DNA of 63,944 nt, counting the filler, from Phoronis australis (lineage: Eukaryota; Animalia; Phoronida), in assembly GCA_002633005.1 (NCBI GenBank). It is 7 parts of 7 records of this genome, joined end to end, with 100 filler letters (N's around TTAATTAATTAA, not from the genome) between each part and the next. Parts side by side here need not be neighbours in the genome. Positions count along the whole stretch, not along the records: positions 1 to 29,413 come from NMRA01001294.1; 6 more parts are not named here. One strand, written 5' to 3'. Below the pieces are notes generated by a model. The model saw only the letters and a program-made list of their open reading frames with translations. It made no database searches and was not told the DNA's origin. Positions 1 to 11,769 of this stretch are shown piece after piece (position 1 is the first letter of the stretch; each line of letters begins with the position of its first letter). The translations under genes were made by a program, and so were the position numbers.

Positions 1-644
1 GTTTGATTGTTACATGACGTCACGTGCACTGTTCAAAAATAACAAGGTGACGCGTGATAACCGATAATCATTGTTGCTATACAGCGTATAATTTTATGCA
101 ACTGGGCCCAGTTACTTTTTCATCGAACTCTGCTAAATGACTTGCGTCGGCAACCCACAGTTCAAAAGAACTGTTTTCCAGCGCACAAAGGAGAATGATA
201 AATCATTCCGTTAAGTGCCCACCACAAGATGTGAAACAGTGCGAATATATCACGTGTCCCAAAAAATGAGCCTCTTTTTGAGAAATAATTTCTTGGCTGC
301 AGATAAATCGATTTTTCAAATTTCTTACCGATGAACCTCAGGATATCATCAACAATTGTACAACATATGAACCTTAGTATATTGTCAACAATTGTACAAC
401 ATATGGAAGAGATCTGTGTCCAATTGTGCGAGAACTATCGAATTAAAAACACCAGGTCAAAACGAATTGTCAAAGGGAAGTTGGCTTATTTCATTCTATG
501 CTCAATGTGGCCTCCATCTTCCTCCACAACTATAACTAATCAGAAATGCTTTTCGGTATTTGGCGTCCATCGAGATTTCCTCCATGGCAATTACCTTTTC
601 TGTAAACTCCTGCTCAGTCAATTTGCCTCTCATTCCGCGGCAAG

Positions 645-1885
645 CTGAAACTTGGGAGCTGACCATTTGGAAGATTGGCCTTTCAAATAAAAACAGAAAC
701 TTTAATATCAAAGACAACAAGTTTTTCAACCGAAAAAACCCTGGTTTTGGGGGTCCAAAAATTTTTCTGTCTCCAATTTCAAAAATCCCTTTTCAGATTG
801 ACGCAGAATGTTGACAAACCGCTAAAGCCCACCAAGTTTGAGTTGGATGGGATCATTAATAAGGTCACGCGGCGAGATCAAAGTTGAAAAACGTCATTCT
901 CAGACCTTTTCTGGCTTGACCCCGATTTCAAAAATTCTTTCATTGTTGGATAGCCCTTCACTTACTCACTCCATAAACATAAGTCGCCATTTCTGGTGAG
1001 CCCTAATAAGGTCATAGCTGGGGATCAAAGTTGAAAGAGCGGGGTGAGTCTGTGACTTTGACCTCAAAGTATGACCTCGAATGAAAGATGGACCTACATA
1101 TAAGACGCGTTTAAAAACTTGTACTTTACCATGCTTCAAAATGTCTCGGTTCGGTAGTCTTCAGGCGATTGGTAATGAAGATACGATATCCCAAACTATA
1201 ATGGCTAATTTTTACACAACTTTTCTGATATTTTGAAGGGGGAAGGTCCATTTGGGGCCCCTCCTGGGTCCTTACAAAGGCTGGAAAAAGTACGATAATT
1301 ACATTTCTAGAGAGGAGAGACAAGGGGCTATCAGTTGCACAAAGATTTTTTGAAATAGAAAAAAAAAAAAAATTTTGGACTCAAAAAGGACCATGGGGTG
1401 GGTTACCTTGGTGGGTGATTTTGACCTGATATAGTGGGCCGATCAAGCTGAAACATGAAGGATGACCATTTGAAAGATCGTCCTTTTAAACAAATACTGA
1501 AACTTTAAAATCAAAGGCAAAAAGATTTTCGACCGAAAAAAACAAAGCCTACAGTCCATGGTTTTTTAGGGTCCGAAAATTTTTTTTTATCTCCAGTTCC
1601 AAAAATTCTTTTTCATATTGACATAGAATGTTGAGAAACTAAAGCCCACCAAGTTTGAGTTCGTTGAGATCATTAACTCTCATCCTGCGCTAGGCGAGGT
1701 CAGCCGCGGAAAGATCAAATTTGAAAAACGTCATTTTTAGACATTTTCGCGCCAAAAAGTTTGAATCCCGACTTCAAAGCTTCTTTGAGAGTTGAATAGC
1801 CCTTTACTTACTGACTCGAAAAACTTAAGTCGCCATTTATGGTGAGCCCTAATGAAGTCACAACTGGGGATCAAATTTGGAAAAT
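645..1885. repeat. Diverged direct repeat of about 400 bp (about 645-1040 and 1448-1885), probably the subterminal region of a large repetitive element
   Basis: Collinear shared blocks in both units, e.g. gaccatttg(g)aagat, ctaaagcccaccaagtttgagtt, ggtgagccctaat and ctggggatcaaa. Confidence 0.7.
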
Positions 1886-1946
1886 TGGGAAAGTCTGCAC
1901 CTAGAAAATTTTGAGAATTAGCTGCAATCTACGCATTAACTTGGCC

Positions 1947-2033
1947 AAAAGTGTAATGTTTTATTTGTTGATCAATTACGAAGTTTGGTAAAAAGTGTAA
2001 TGTTTTATTTGTTGATCAATTACGAAGTTTGGT
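1947..2033. repeat. Tandem duplication of about 43 bp
   Basis: aaaagtgtaatgttttatttgttgatcaattacgaagtttggt occurs twice head to tail. Confidence 0.9.
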
Positions 2034-2317
2034 TGTAAGTGAAAGTTGATCTAAATCCAGCATTTATTAAGAAGTTTATAAACTTTTAAGTAATGACTTT
2101 CTAAAACCGCTCTGAGGTGGTGTCGCGCTACAACTATTTTTAAAATCTCTTGGTCTATTTACACCGACCACTTGTCTATTTACATTGTCACGGCGTTTCA
2201 GTCGGTCTATTCTTCGACCACCGTCAGGTGTTCCTGCGTTCTTAGAAGAACGAGCACGGATATGTGGCACGGATATATGACACACTCATCCTGGTGTTAT
2301 TTTTTGACTATTCTATT

Positions 2318-2399
2318 GTCCGAGGAAGGATTTGAACCCACGACTTCAGAAACTACAGATATTTTGTGTCCAGCACCTTAACCACTACACCATGGAGTC
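2318..2399 (-). mobile_element. tRNA-derived SINE head or tRNA pseudogene
   Basis: Minus strand has an A-box-like TGGTGTAGTGG and a B-box GGTTCAAATCC, but no convincing cloverleaf. Confidence 0.6.
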
Positions 2400-2489
2400 A
2401 TCCATTTATTTAGAGGGAATTTAATTATACATTGAGCCAGGTGTCACTTGGCTGTTTTCTTGGCTGACTGAAGACACTGCCTTGTACCT

Positions 2490-2657
2490 TCTCTGGCTCC
2501 CCTGACCACACCCAGTAGAGCAAACCTGTCAGACAGCCATTTCCAAGAATGAGGATACACATAGACCACTGTGGCACCATAGAAACTGGCCACCTTTTCA
2601 TGCCCAAAAAAGGCTCTGGGATCCCGGTCTAAAATGACAAACTTGTAGAAACTCATA
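2490..2657. repeat. Dispersed repeat end, homologous to 19835-19996
   Basis: Both places share cccctgaccacaccc...ccatttccaag...tcatgcccaaaaaa..ctctgggatcc...ctcata. Confidence 0.75.
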
Positions 2658-3902
2658 TGCGTAAACTATAATGTATTCGAGCACAGTCTAATAACCGCTT
2701 ATCTTGAGTTCACTCTAAAGTAGCAGAGAAATTCCCAAAAATGATTTCGAGTTCGTTTCTAGTACAACGATTAGATTCTGAGCCCAGATCTTGTAATCAG
2801 AATAAAGACGTAATATCAAAAAAAAAGAAATTGAAGAAAGTGGGAAAACTTTCGTTAAGAGAATCAAAGTTATGTTATAAGAACTGTGATCATGAGAAAA
2901 AATAAATGTCTGAGGTTTTGGAAATAACGTATAACTGTTGATTCCCAAAGAAATATGTGTTTTGACTAGGTCTGAAATGTTGACACTTTTATAGCATAAA
3001 GCATTAACGTTTGTGAATTAGTATCGCCGGGTATGTAAATCAGGGTATTGAATGAGCAGTCAATTGCAACTCACATATCACATGAGAATGAAATCGTAAT
3101 TATCATCAAGATATAACACAAATCCGAAATCGTACAGAATGCCACAAACAGTCATGAAGATGTTAAATCTCATGAGTCAATAATGCCACGGGTAATAACA
3201 ATAATTTTTCAAATAATCAAATGCAATAACGATAAAAATGCCCATAGAATGGATTACTCCAAAGAAGACATTAAATCAGGGTTTGAACAAGTAGTCCATT
3301 GCTCACTCACATATCACATGATTACAAAAATGGCTAAGTACGCATGCGTAGATTCCAGAAACACTGATTGAGATAATTAATCTCGAGAAACAAAGATTTT
3401 TAAAATAATCGTATGCGTCAACCATAAAACCACCCGTAAAACAGCCTTCAAAAAAGCCTCCGAGGCACGCCTTTTGAAATCGACTGAACTTTTGACTCTG
3501 TTCAACCAAAAAAATAAACTGTCTCTGAGTTTGGAATTTCCGGGATCGTGGATTAGCGCATTAAGCGAGTAATGTTACGCTAACTCAACTCTCCCCGTTT
3601 TGATGTAAGCTGATGCTGTACCAGCACAAATGTGACTTTTGCATTTGGATGTGTTAGAACAGTGTTGCACCCTATCAAGAGCTGTGAAATAGTATTGCAG
3701 TGATCGACCGGACTCGCCTATTTTGCAGTAAAGTTCTGCAACCATTTTGTGAATTTATACACAATACGATCTTGAAAAAGACGCCTAGCAAAAGCACGTG
3801 GCTTAAACAGTGAGAACTCTTACTCTGTCGAGTCTGGTTGACAATCCTTTTCAGCACAAAAAATTTTGGAAGTATAATGGAACAAGCTATTGTATTCGTC
3901 CG

Positions 3903-5823
3903 TTATGACTTCGGAGCGGGTGTCGCAGTATTTATACGATTTATTGAATTTACTGCCAAGTTCAGTGACTCCAGTTGATATTTTAAAGAACAATTGAACT
4001 TATGTTCCAAATTACAAAAGAATGCGATTTTCTCTGCTGTTTCTTCAACGAGAAAGTACGTGTAGCTAGTCTTATTATGCAAAATGCAGGGGTATAATAT
4101 ATCGAGTGACCAATGGAGATATCGTAACAAAACACAGTTTCTTACTTTTCCGTATGTGGAACGAATCTCAGATATCATCTGTGATAAGTCTTTATAAAGA
4201 GTTGGCCAATTACTTTCTATCTCTAACAAAATACAACCAAAATACGTCATTGCTTTGTCGAGGTCTTCTAGTGAAAATTGAAGGAGCATTGACAGGACTA
4301 AAGTTAGATCGGACGCTTGTGTCAAATAACCATATGATGGAAATATGCTAAGCTTTTTTCCTAACTGTTCTTTAAATTGTCTTTCATCGCGCGGTGATGG
4401 CAATTCATGGAGGTTTCGCTCAATATGAAAAATTATATCAAAATATTTTTCATATATTTGCCAAATCTTTGAATGAAGATCCGTACTAAGCTCGTGATAA
4501 CCAAGGGAAAACTTATCATCTTCATAAAAGACAAAGAGGACATAATATACGGATCAGTGGCGTCATAGCAAATTTGTTTTTCTTGATAATAAAAGCTTCC
4601 ACAGAACATCCCACAATACCGAGGCTCTTTTGTTTTGGCGGCCCACATGTTGTCAAGATGTCGGACAAACTTGTTAAGAGCATTTTCCAACGATAGCATT
4701 ACAATTTCTATTATACCTTCTGCCTATTGATTGCAGGTATAGAAACTCTCTGTAGTAAAATTGGGATTACCAATTTGAAATTTGTGCAGAATGTAGTTGA
4801 CGAAAAGGACTGCTGTAGAGAAATATCTAGAGCACCAATTTGCTTTCTTGAACGAAAAAATACATTTTCATGTCGAGCCCAGACGCCCTGTGGTTGCACG
4901 CTCATGAATTCATTTTGCCGCGACTTGTTGGTGTACATCACAAGTGTGTTACTATGGATGTTGTACTAGCTTGCGTCTGGATTGCTCTGCAATAATTCCC
5001 TGTCTGACCATTTCATCCAAAATGTCCCACGGAGTACTGCTGTTCAGAGAATAAACAGTTTTAAACAAACTGATTACGAGGCTGGGTAACCTGAACATCC
5101 CTTCTTTAATGTCGAAGACATCCACATCACGAACAAAACTCAGGTGTTGTAAGTATCTTCTCACCATGTCCGTCATGTCATTGTGCTCCTGCATGTTTCG
5201 TCAAATTTCGTCAAATTTCGTCTGCAGGAGTAAAACCCTTCAATCAGTCTCTCCGCCTCTTTGCTTCCGCCAATTTTTACTACATATGCTAATATGTGAT
5301 CACTATTATGACCTTCCTTCAGAGCTGTATCTCATTCCCAAAGCTGCGCTATATGTTGAGGTGGTCTGATTAACTCTATTACTTTCCTCGTTGGTGTATC
5401 AGGACGACCAAGAGGTGTGTGGCAGGCATATGTCGCTGCGCTTACGAACTGGAAACCGCGGGGAGTCACTATGTGTTCGAACCAGTTTCCTCTAGGTTTG
5501 TCGTTGTTGTTCAGTGATTTAATTTGTATCGATTTCAAAACAGTTTCTATTAAATCAAAACAAATAAATTCCACCAAATTCCTAAAATATTCAATGTTGC
5601 TTTCATCTTCAACCAGAGTGCACCACTTAATGTCGGAATACGTTGTCGTTTCACGTCTAGCCAGAGAACCTAACCCTAAAACTGCAAACTCCAGTCCACC
5701 TCCAGCCTTCCCCCATGGGAGGGGTGCATCATAGCTGGCTGGTCCTCTTAATTCAATGGTGCACACTCCATGATCCGTTAAAGATAAGATATAGATGGAC
5801 AATAACAACCACATTTGTTGCAA
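3903..5823 (-). pseudogene. Disrupted DUF294-type (GlnD/GlnE-like) nucleotidyltransferase gene with a DUF294_C-like helical domain and a helical, possibly TPR-like, C-terminus
   Basis: Collinear fragments: FAVLGLGSLARRETTTYSDIKW (Pol-beta GS..D motif), WFEHIVTPRGFQF..ACHTPLGR..ELIRP, an in-frame TGA at 5332-5334, then ALKEGHNSDHIL, FDIKEGMFRLPSLVISLFK..STPWDILDEMVRQGII and MYTNKSRQNE. Several frameshifts, including a 10-bp duplication near 5200-5222. Confidence 0.75.
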
Positions 5824-5840
5824 CTACAGGTACTGCTAGC

Positions 5841-6153
5841 CAGTGGCAGATTTAGGAGGAGGGGCAAGGGGGCCACAGTCCCCCTAAAATTCTCGCACAT
5901 TCCATTTGGCAGTTCGGGATGCGAATTGCTGACTGGCATATGCACGCACCTTCGGGGCTCTGGGGACGGAATGCACAATGCATAGCTTTGAACAAACCGC
6001 GTTTCCCGTTTTTTGTTAGTAATAAGGTCCACAAACCAAAAAGTTCAAGACCCCTTACATCCGTACATTTTAGGCTGGGTGCGTGAATGTGGCGAAATTC
6101 TGGTCATTCCTGTGTCCTGACACCCCTAACTCAAAATCCTGGATCCGCCCTTG
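5841..6153. mobile_element. Non-autonomous DNA transposon (MITE) with a 5-bp TSD, hAT5-like
   Basis: Imperfect TIRs cagtggcagatttagga / tcctggatccgcccttg, with CTAGC on both sides. Related copies at 25155 and 52569. Confidence 0.8.
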
Positions 6154-6887
6154 CTAGCTACGATGATAAATAAGTTAGTAACAAATTAGAATTTGCTTCC
6201 GATTCAAAGCGCTTCACGTAATCAGCGTGCCGTTCCCCGACAATTTCGCCCGAGTGGTGACACACGATCTTGCGGGCGAGTAGAGGAGGCTATGTATTAT
6301 TTATTGGCATTGAACACTGTAGTGTCTACACCGTAGGCTAGTAAGGGAGTCTAAAATTGAATGTCTATTACCTAGATAAGCTATATTGCAGCGAGAGCTC
6401 CCAAAATGTAGTGCGTTGTGAATGTCTTAAAATCGACCGAGAAACAGCAGCAAATAGCTATAGCACATTATCTATTATTTTGGTGTATTTGTTATGGTAA
6501 AGTGCTGCATTTTCAAATTTCGAATTGACAGTGATCGTCAAATATGTTGTTCATCGGGTGTCCACTTTGACTGGAATAGTGGATTGACATGCATGCATGT
6601 ACACATGTGTGCGTTTATCTTCTTTTCACTTCAGTACACGTCGATGATAACTTCAGTACACATATAAGAACTCTTCAGTCCTCGCTCAAACATCAGACAT
6701 TTCACTAACCGTATTTTCTTGCACTGAGAAAACGCCGACGAGCATATTCACATTATTAGGAAAAGTAGATCTAGCCCTAAAAAGCGTTGGTTAATGAAGA
6801 AAGTCTTTTTTGTCAATCAGTCATGATGCGCAACCTTGCAGACTTCATGATAGCAACAGACGTGATGGAAAAGATTTCCAACGTTAC

Positions 6888-7788
6888 ATGTCACTATCCC
6901 GAAGGTTCATTAACCTGAAGGTCCGCTATTCTGAAGATACACTATAACTCTGAATGTTCACTACCTTTGAAAGTTCACTACTTCGAAAGTCCACAATTCG
7001 GAAACCAGAACTCCGACAATTCATTACTCTAATTCTAAGCTAATAAGCCTGAGCTGACATAAATACAATATTGTATTTGTGTCGAATTAGTAAAACCATT
7101 TAAAGTGAGTGCAGGAGTTAAATACTTCTTAAAACATTGATTACAATTTTTACAAATGAGCCCAGATACAATTATTATCAATCGTGATTCTTGAATCTGA
7201 CTAACGATTCGTTCTCAAGATCAGGACTGCGGCGATCAAAGGCGGTTTTGAATTTGAAGAAGACTGAAAGGGACTTCATGAAGACTGGCAAGGACAGGGT
7301 AGCCAACTAACTACTCTGATTTAGTTTCGACCTGTCCGTGCGCGTGATTCCGACGGGTGAGCCTGAGGCGCAGCGGCCATAAATTTTCCAATCGCGCTGT
7401 GAAATGATGTGATGTTGGCATGGATTTGATGAATGTATCGTGATTGATAATTCATCAATATTCCTACTTCGTACTCTTTTAAAAATGTAAACACGTACTC
7501 ATTTTTCCGTATTCGTACGGCCTTCGGGCAATTTCGCATGCGCATGATATCCACACAAAATGTTTTAGTACCAGAGCGTTTTTTTCGGTATAGGTATACA
7601 ACTCTGTGCATTTGATAACTGACCAATCGTTTATTTTTGCATTTAAAAGTATAACAATTACACCTGATTCCGAAATTTTATATATTTCCGAAGTAGTGAA
7701 CCTTCGAAGCAGTGAACCTTTGAAGTTGTGAACCTTCGCAATAGTGAACCATAGGAATATTGAACCTTCGGAATAGTTGACTGTTCCC
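6888..7788. mobile_element. Foldback-type non-autonomous element with inverted arrays of about 16-bp subterminal repeats
   Basis: The left array (gttcactacttcgaaa-like units, 6890-7005) is the reverse complement of the right array (ttcgaagtagtgaacc-like units, 7687-7780). Confidence 0.65.
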
Positions 7789-9857
7789 ATTTCCAGCGAT
7801 GTAAGCAACTTAAGCAACACGCAAAACTACAACCAGATAAAAAATTTCGTCCAGTCACTCTGCAACTAAATATTTCCGTCCGAGAATGTAAGGAGGCGTA
7901 ACCACTCATTTAAGCACGCCTGATTTGAAAATTTTTCAGGAGGTAACGTGAGAACGTTTTCTTCCTGCATGGACCACATTTTATCCGAATTTGTGTCCCG
8001 TTCTTTGGGAACAACCGTCACGGCATCTTTATCTGTGGTATTACGAATTCCATCTCATCTCAGGAACATAGAGGTGAGACATTTTGTTGTGTATACAGAT
8101 TTCCTTTCACCCTAATTAAGCTGCGTCCATTGCCTAACCGAAAACTCTACAGTGTCGACGTTTGCAAAATATCAAAGGTCCACCGTTCCAGGAATTCGAA
8201 CCACCCCCCAGGAAATGGCTGGCTACGGGCCTGATCACTCATCCGAAATACCTCAGGTTTTTTCATAGTCTCAAATGTGTGTGCGTGTTAGAATTTGAAT
8301 CATACTGCAAATAATGAGACTGAAAAACAGGAGACTGATTGGCTGGGTGACTGAATTTGTACGCAACGTGGGTCACAGATGGTATTTGTTGGTTCCAAGG
8401 AAGCTGGAATTTAGTGTTGCGGCCCTGGAATAGGAACATTACACGTTTAACATTTCAAATTAAAGCTCTTTTTCTTACGTAAGAAAACGATGTTTTCAGA
8501 CATTTCCTTCTCCACTCATACAATTCGTTTTCTTATCTTCTTGGAAATTATCAGCAACTCATTACCTGTAGCTTCTCCTTGAAATGGAGGTGAGAAAGTT
8601 GTGGATGATATCACCACGGCAGCGACAGAACAACAAGCCAGGTAGAGGTACATACGGCAGCGAACGCTCCTTTGCCAAATTTTCAGCGAAAACATTTAAA
8701 ATTCGTTTAGATGTGTGGCCTGTTCGTAAAATCCACTAGTAGCAGCCCTGACTCTTCAATGGTGAGTAAAATTCCATACCAGATCGCATTGATGTTCAAC
8801 TATAAAATCGATGCGAGCAGTAATTAGATCTGCACAGACAAAATGAAACAATAAACGTGTCCAAAAACTATCACCCTGAAACAAAAGACAGTGCAAAATT
8901 AGCGTTTCGGAAAATCCTGCGCGAGTCTCAGGCTTGAGACATGGGCAAAACCGCTTGGAAATTTCGTCAAAATCCTGTAGGATTTGTTTTATCACATGAA
9001 CCCTTTTTAATATTTATTTGACAAGACATCGCAAACAATTATTTTCGTAGAGTTCCCAATCTTTCTTCTTTGCTTCAGTTTAAGATGAATACGATTCTTT
9101 TGTCTAAAAATGTTCCTAAAGTTTAGTTGCAACAAAGCAGTTTTTCCAAAATCCTAATTCTGCCGGTGTTCGCTGGATATCATCGAAATACAATGGATTT
9201 TTAACAGATACGATTTTATTTTAAATTTTTTACACGCTTAATTTACATGCATCTATTTATTTCGAACTCCAAATAAACTTCGCATTCTAAGAGATGACCA
9301 GTTTTTACGGAGTTAGCAGAAACTACATTTTCACAATCAATATAATTGAAACGTTGCCTTTTTGAAATATCTAAGTAAAAATCGACTGTCAATAAAAGTA
9401 TAAAATGTCTGAAGCTATTAGTCGAAACAAATCTATTCAAGTCATTCTGGTGGAAATGTCGTTTTTTGAAATGTACGTTGATAGTCATTTCAAAAGCATT
9501 TATCAAACTTCCTGTATTAAACTTTTGATAAAATTGCTTGAAACCGGCCTGGGATTTTGCATAACGTTCATCGATGTTTTTCTTAATCGTGAAGTTACGT
9601 TCAGCATTGATGAACACTTCTTACAAGTTCAGCTAGACGGACGAGTCAAGTTACTAAATTTTCGAAAGCAGAGTTCCACTAACAAAGAGGAAATGGAAGC
9701 GCATGGGTTTCTCAGCAAATAAGATTTTAAGATCAAGATAAAATACAGCATTAGTAGAAATTTCCTCGGTCATAAAACGGACATTTTTTGTATCTTCTCT
9801 GTAGTATATGCTCCATTAGCCTAAACATTCGAAGCTGTGGCAATATTCGGACTTAGT

Positions 9858-10146
9858 AGGGACCTTTGGCAATTACAATTACCCTTTAGCTACGACTGCC
9901 CTTTCCTAGGTCACCACTAGTCTAAGGGGCCCCAGCAGCAACAAAACCGTGTCTCAATTGTCATTGCGCCTGATTGTCGCTATCCAACAACTTCCGTCTG
10001 AGACATCCTTTGTGACGACGAGACGAGGCACCTGTTTCGTGCGAGGCCCTACTAAGCTGCAGGATTTTACACTAATGGATGGCCCATCATCCGGGCACCA
10101 CAAATTTTAAATAGCCTCTAGCTGTATGAACGTGATGAAGGTCCCT
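9858..10146. mobile_element. Short MITE with AGGGACCTT termini (PIF/Harbinger or ISL2EU-like)
   Basis: tagggacctt at 9857 and aaggtcccta ending at 10147. Confidence 0.5.
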
Positions 10147-11644
10147 AATCCACTTGTCATGGTTAATCCCGCACTTAAGACAAATCTAAAATTTTACACG
10201 ATTTGTTCATTGAAAGAGAGTATGGCTGAATAGGAAGTCTCGTTTATCACCTTTGACCTGCCAGTACTGCCTACAGAGACAAAGCTGTCAACTACACTCT
10301 TTCACAGTGCAACGAAAGGTAATTTCAATGAGATAAAAATATTAACTCATTGGGTAATTTTCAGTACAGGTGGCGCTGTGTCAACGTGTAAATTGTGTTG
10401 TACACAAAAATCTTCCGGTTTGTGTAGACAGTACTTCATTCTCGTCTTTGGTAAATGAGAATTAATTGTAGGTTTGAAATAGAAGCTGATTCGCAAATCT
10501 TTTTGTAATGATAGACAAACCGAGGTCTATATTGTGGTATTATTGCCCACGGTCGCCTAAAACCCGGCCGGTCTTGCTAAGTGGCCAGCGCACTGACATG
10601 AAAGTGATGAAGAAAGAATACAGACAATAGGCTAATTATTTTCATCGTCGTCAAGTTCAAAATTTCTAATGTTTGTCTGTGACTTGCCGACATTGGACCC
10701 TTCATGTATCTGTTTTTAGCTCATATCGGCAATGGCAGTTTTGCAATATAAATACTAAAAGTTGTGTTTTGTAATTGTGAGAAATGACGTAAAAACAACT
10801 TGATCATAAACCCCACATGAGCTGTTTCAATTAATTTGTGGTTAATTTTCTGTTATGTCATGGATTTTAACATTATTTTCTTGTTGATAATGTTTTTTCC
10901 CTTCCGTTATGTCTCAGAGATTTTCTCAGTTGAGGCATTGTCACGGATTGGTTGGGACGCGTACAGGGGCAGGAAGGCGACTAGTTAGGGGACATAAATC
11001 TTAGTCAATATTGGTGACTGCATGCAGATGTGGGGATTACCAACGGTCTCGTTAGGGAAGCCTATGGAACTATTAATGACTGCAAACTAGGAAGAACACC
11101 ATTTTCATTAGTACCAGTCAACAATACGTGCGCGTTTAGTTTTTTGTACGTGATCACTTCAATGTATTATCTTACTTAGATCCGGTCAGGCTTCCTGAAG
11201 CGGGTTTTTGACGTAAAACCGGACATTATGCTAGTTGTAAATTTATATCATGAAAAAATACCACGAGATCATTCTAGCTTTTAACACTTGGTTTTCTTCC
11301 TTGAGCTAACTCTCGAACTGATGGTCTTGTCGCCTAAAGACGTACTATACAGAAACAGCGACCGCCAGAGGGCACCATCTGTCGGCGAAGCAATAACCCG
11401 GGAGAGCTTGATTTCTGAGATGTACATAATTATTAGTTTTTGAATTTGACTGCAGTTATTTGCGTTAGAAGCATCGGTAGCAAGCGGGTTGGCTCGGATT
11501 CCTGCTGTTGTTATAGTTGGTACAATGAATCTCGCTTTCCTTGCACCTGCAAGGAGTTGTATAGGCTATAACTCGATATCCGAGTACATGTACTTTCTTT
11601 GATCACACATTATTTGGAAAATCGCCAGAGCAATATGAGTCATT

Positions 11645-11769
11645 GCTATAAATAAACGCGCGTGACGCTGTTAGCGCAGACAACGAAGGTATTTGATAGC
11701 AGTCGGACGTGTCGACCGAGCTCTCTGTTCAGCGTTAGGCGGGAAACTGCCGACACTCGTTTTGTTTCA
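11645..11769 (+). promoter_or_regulatory. Putative promoter and non-coding first exon of the TRIM-NHL gene
   Basis: TATAAA at 11647 in CpG-rich sequence; donor ca|gtaagt at 11770 pairs with acceptor ttttctgtctgcag ending at 13099, just before the ATG. Confidence 0.5.

Noticed and set aside
2318-2399. Functional tRNA genes here and at 41721 and 42203
   Set aside because: A and B boxes are present, but acceptor and anticodon stems do not pair; the latter two share a non-tRNA tail typical of SINEs.
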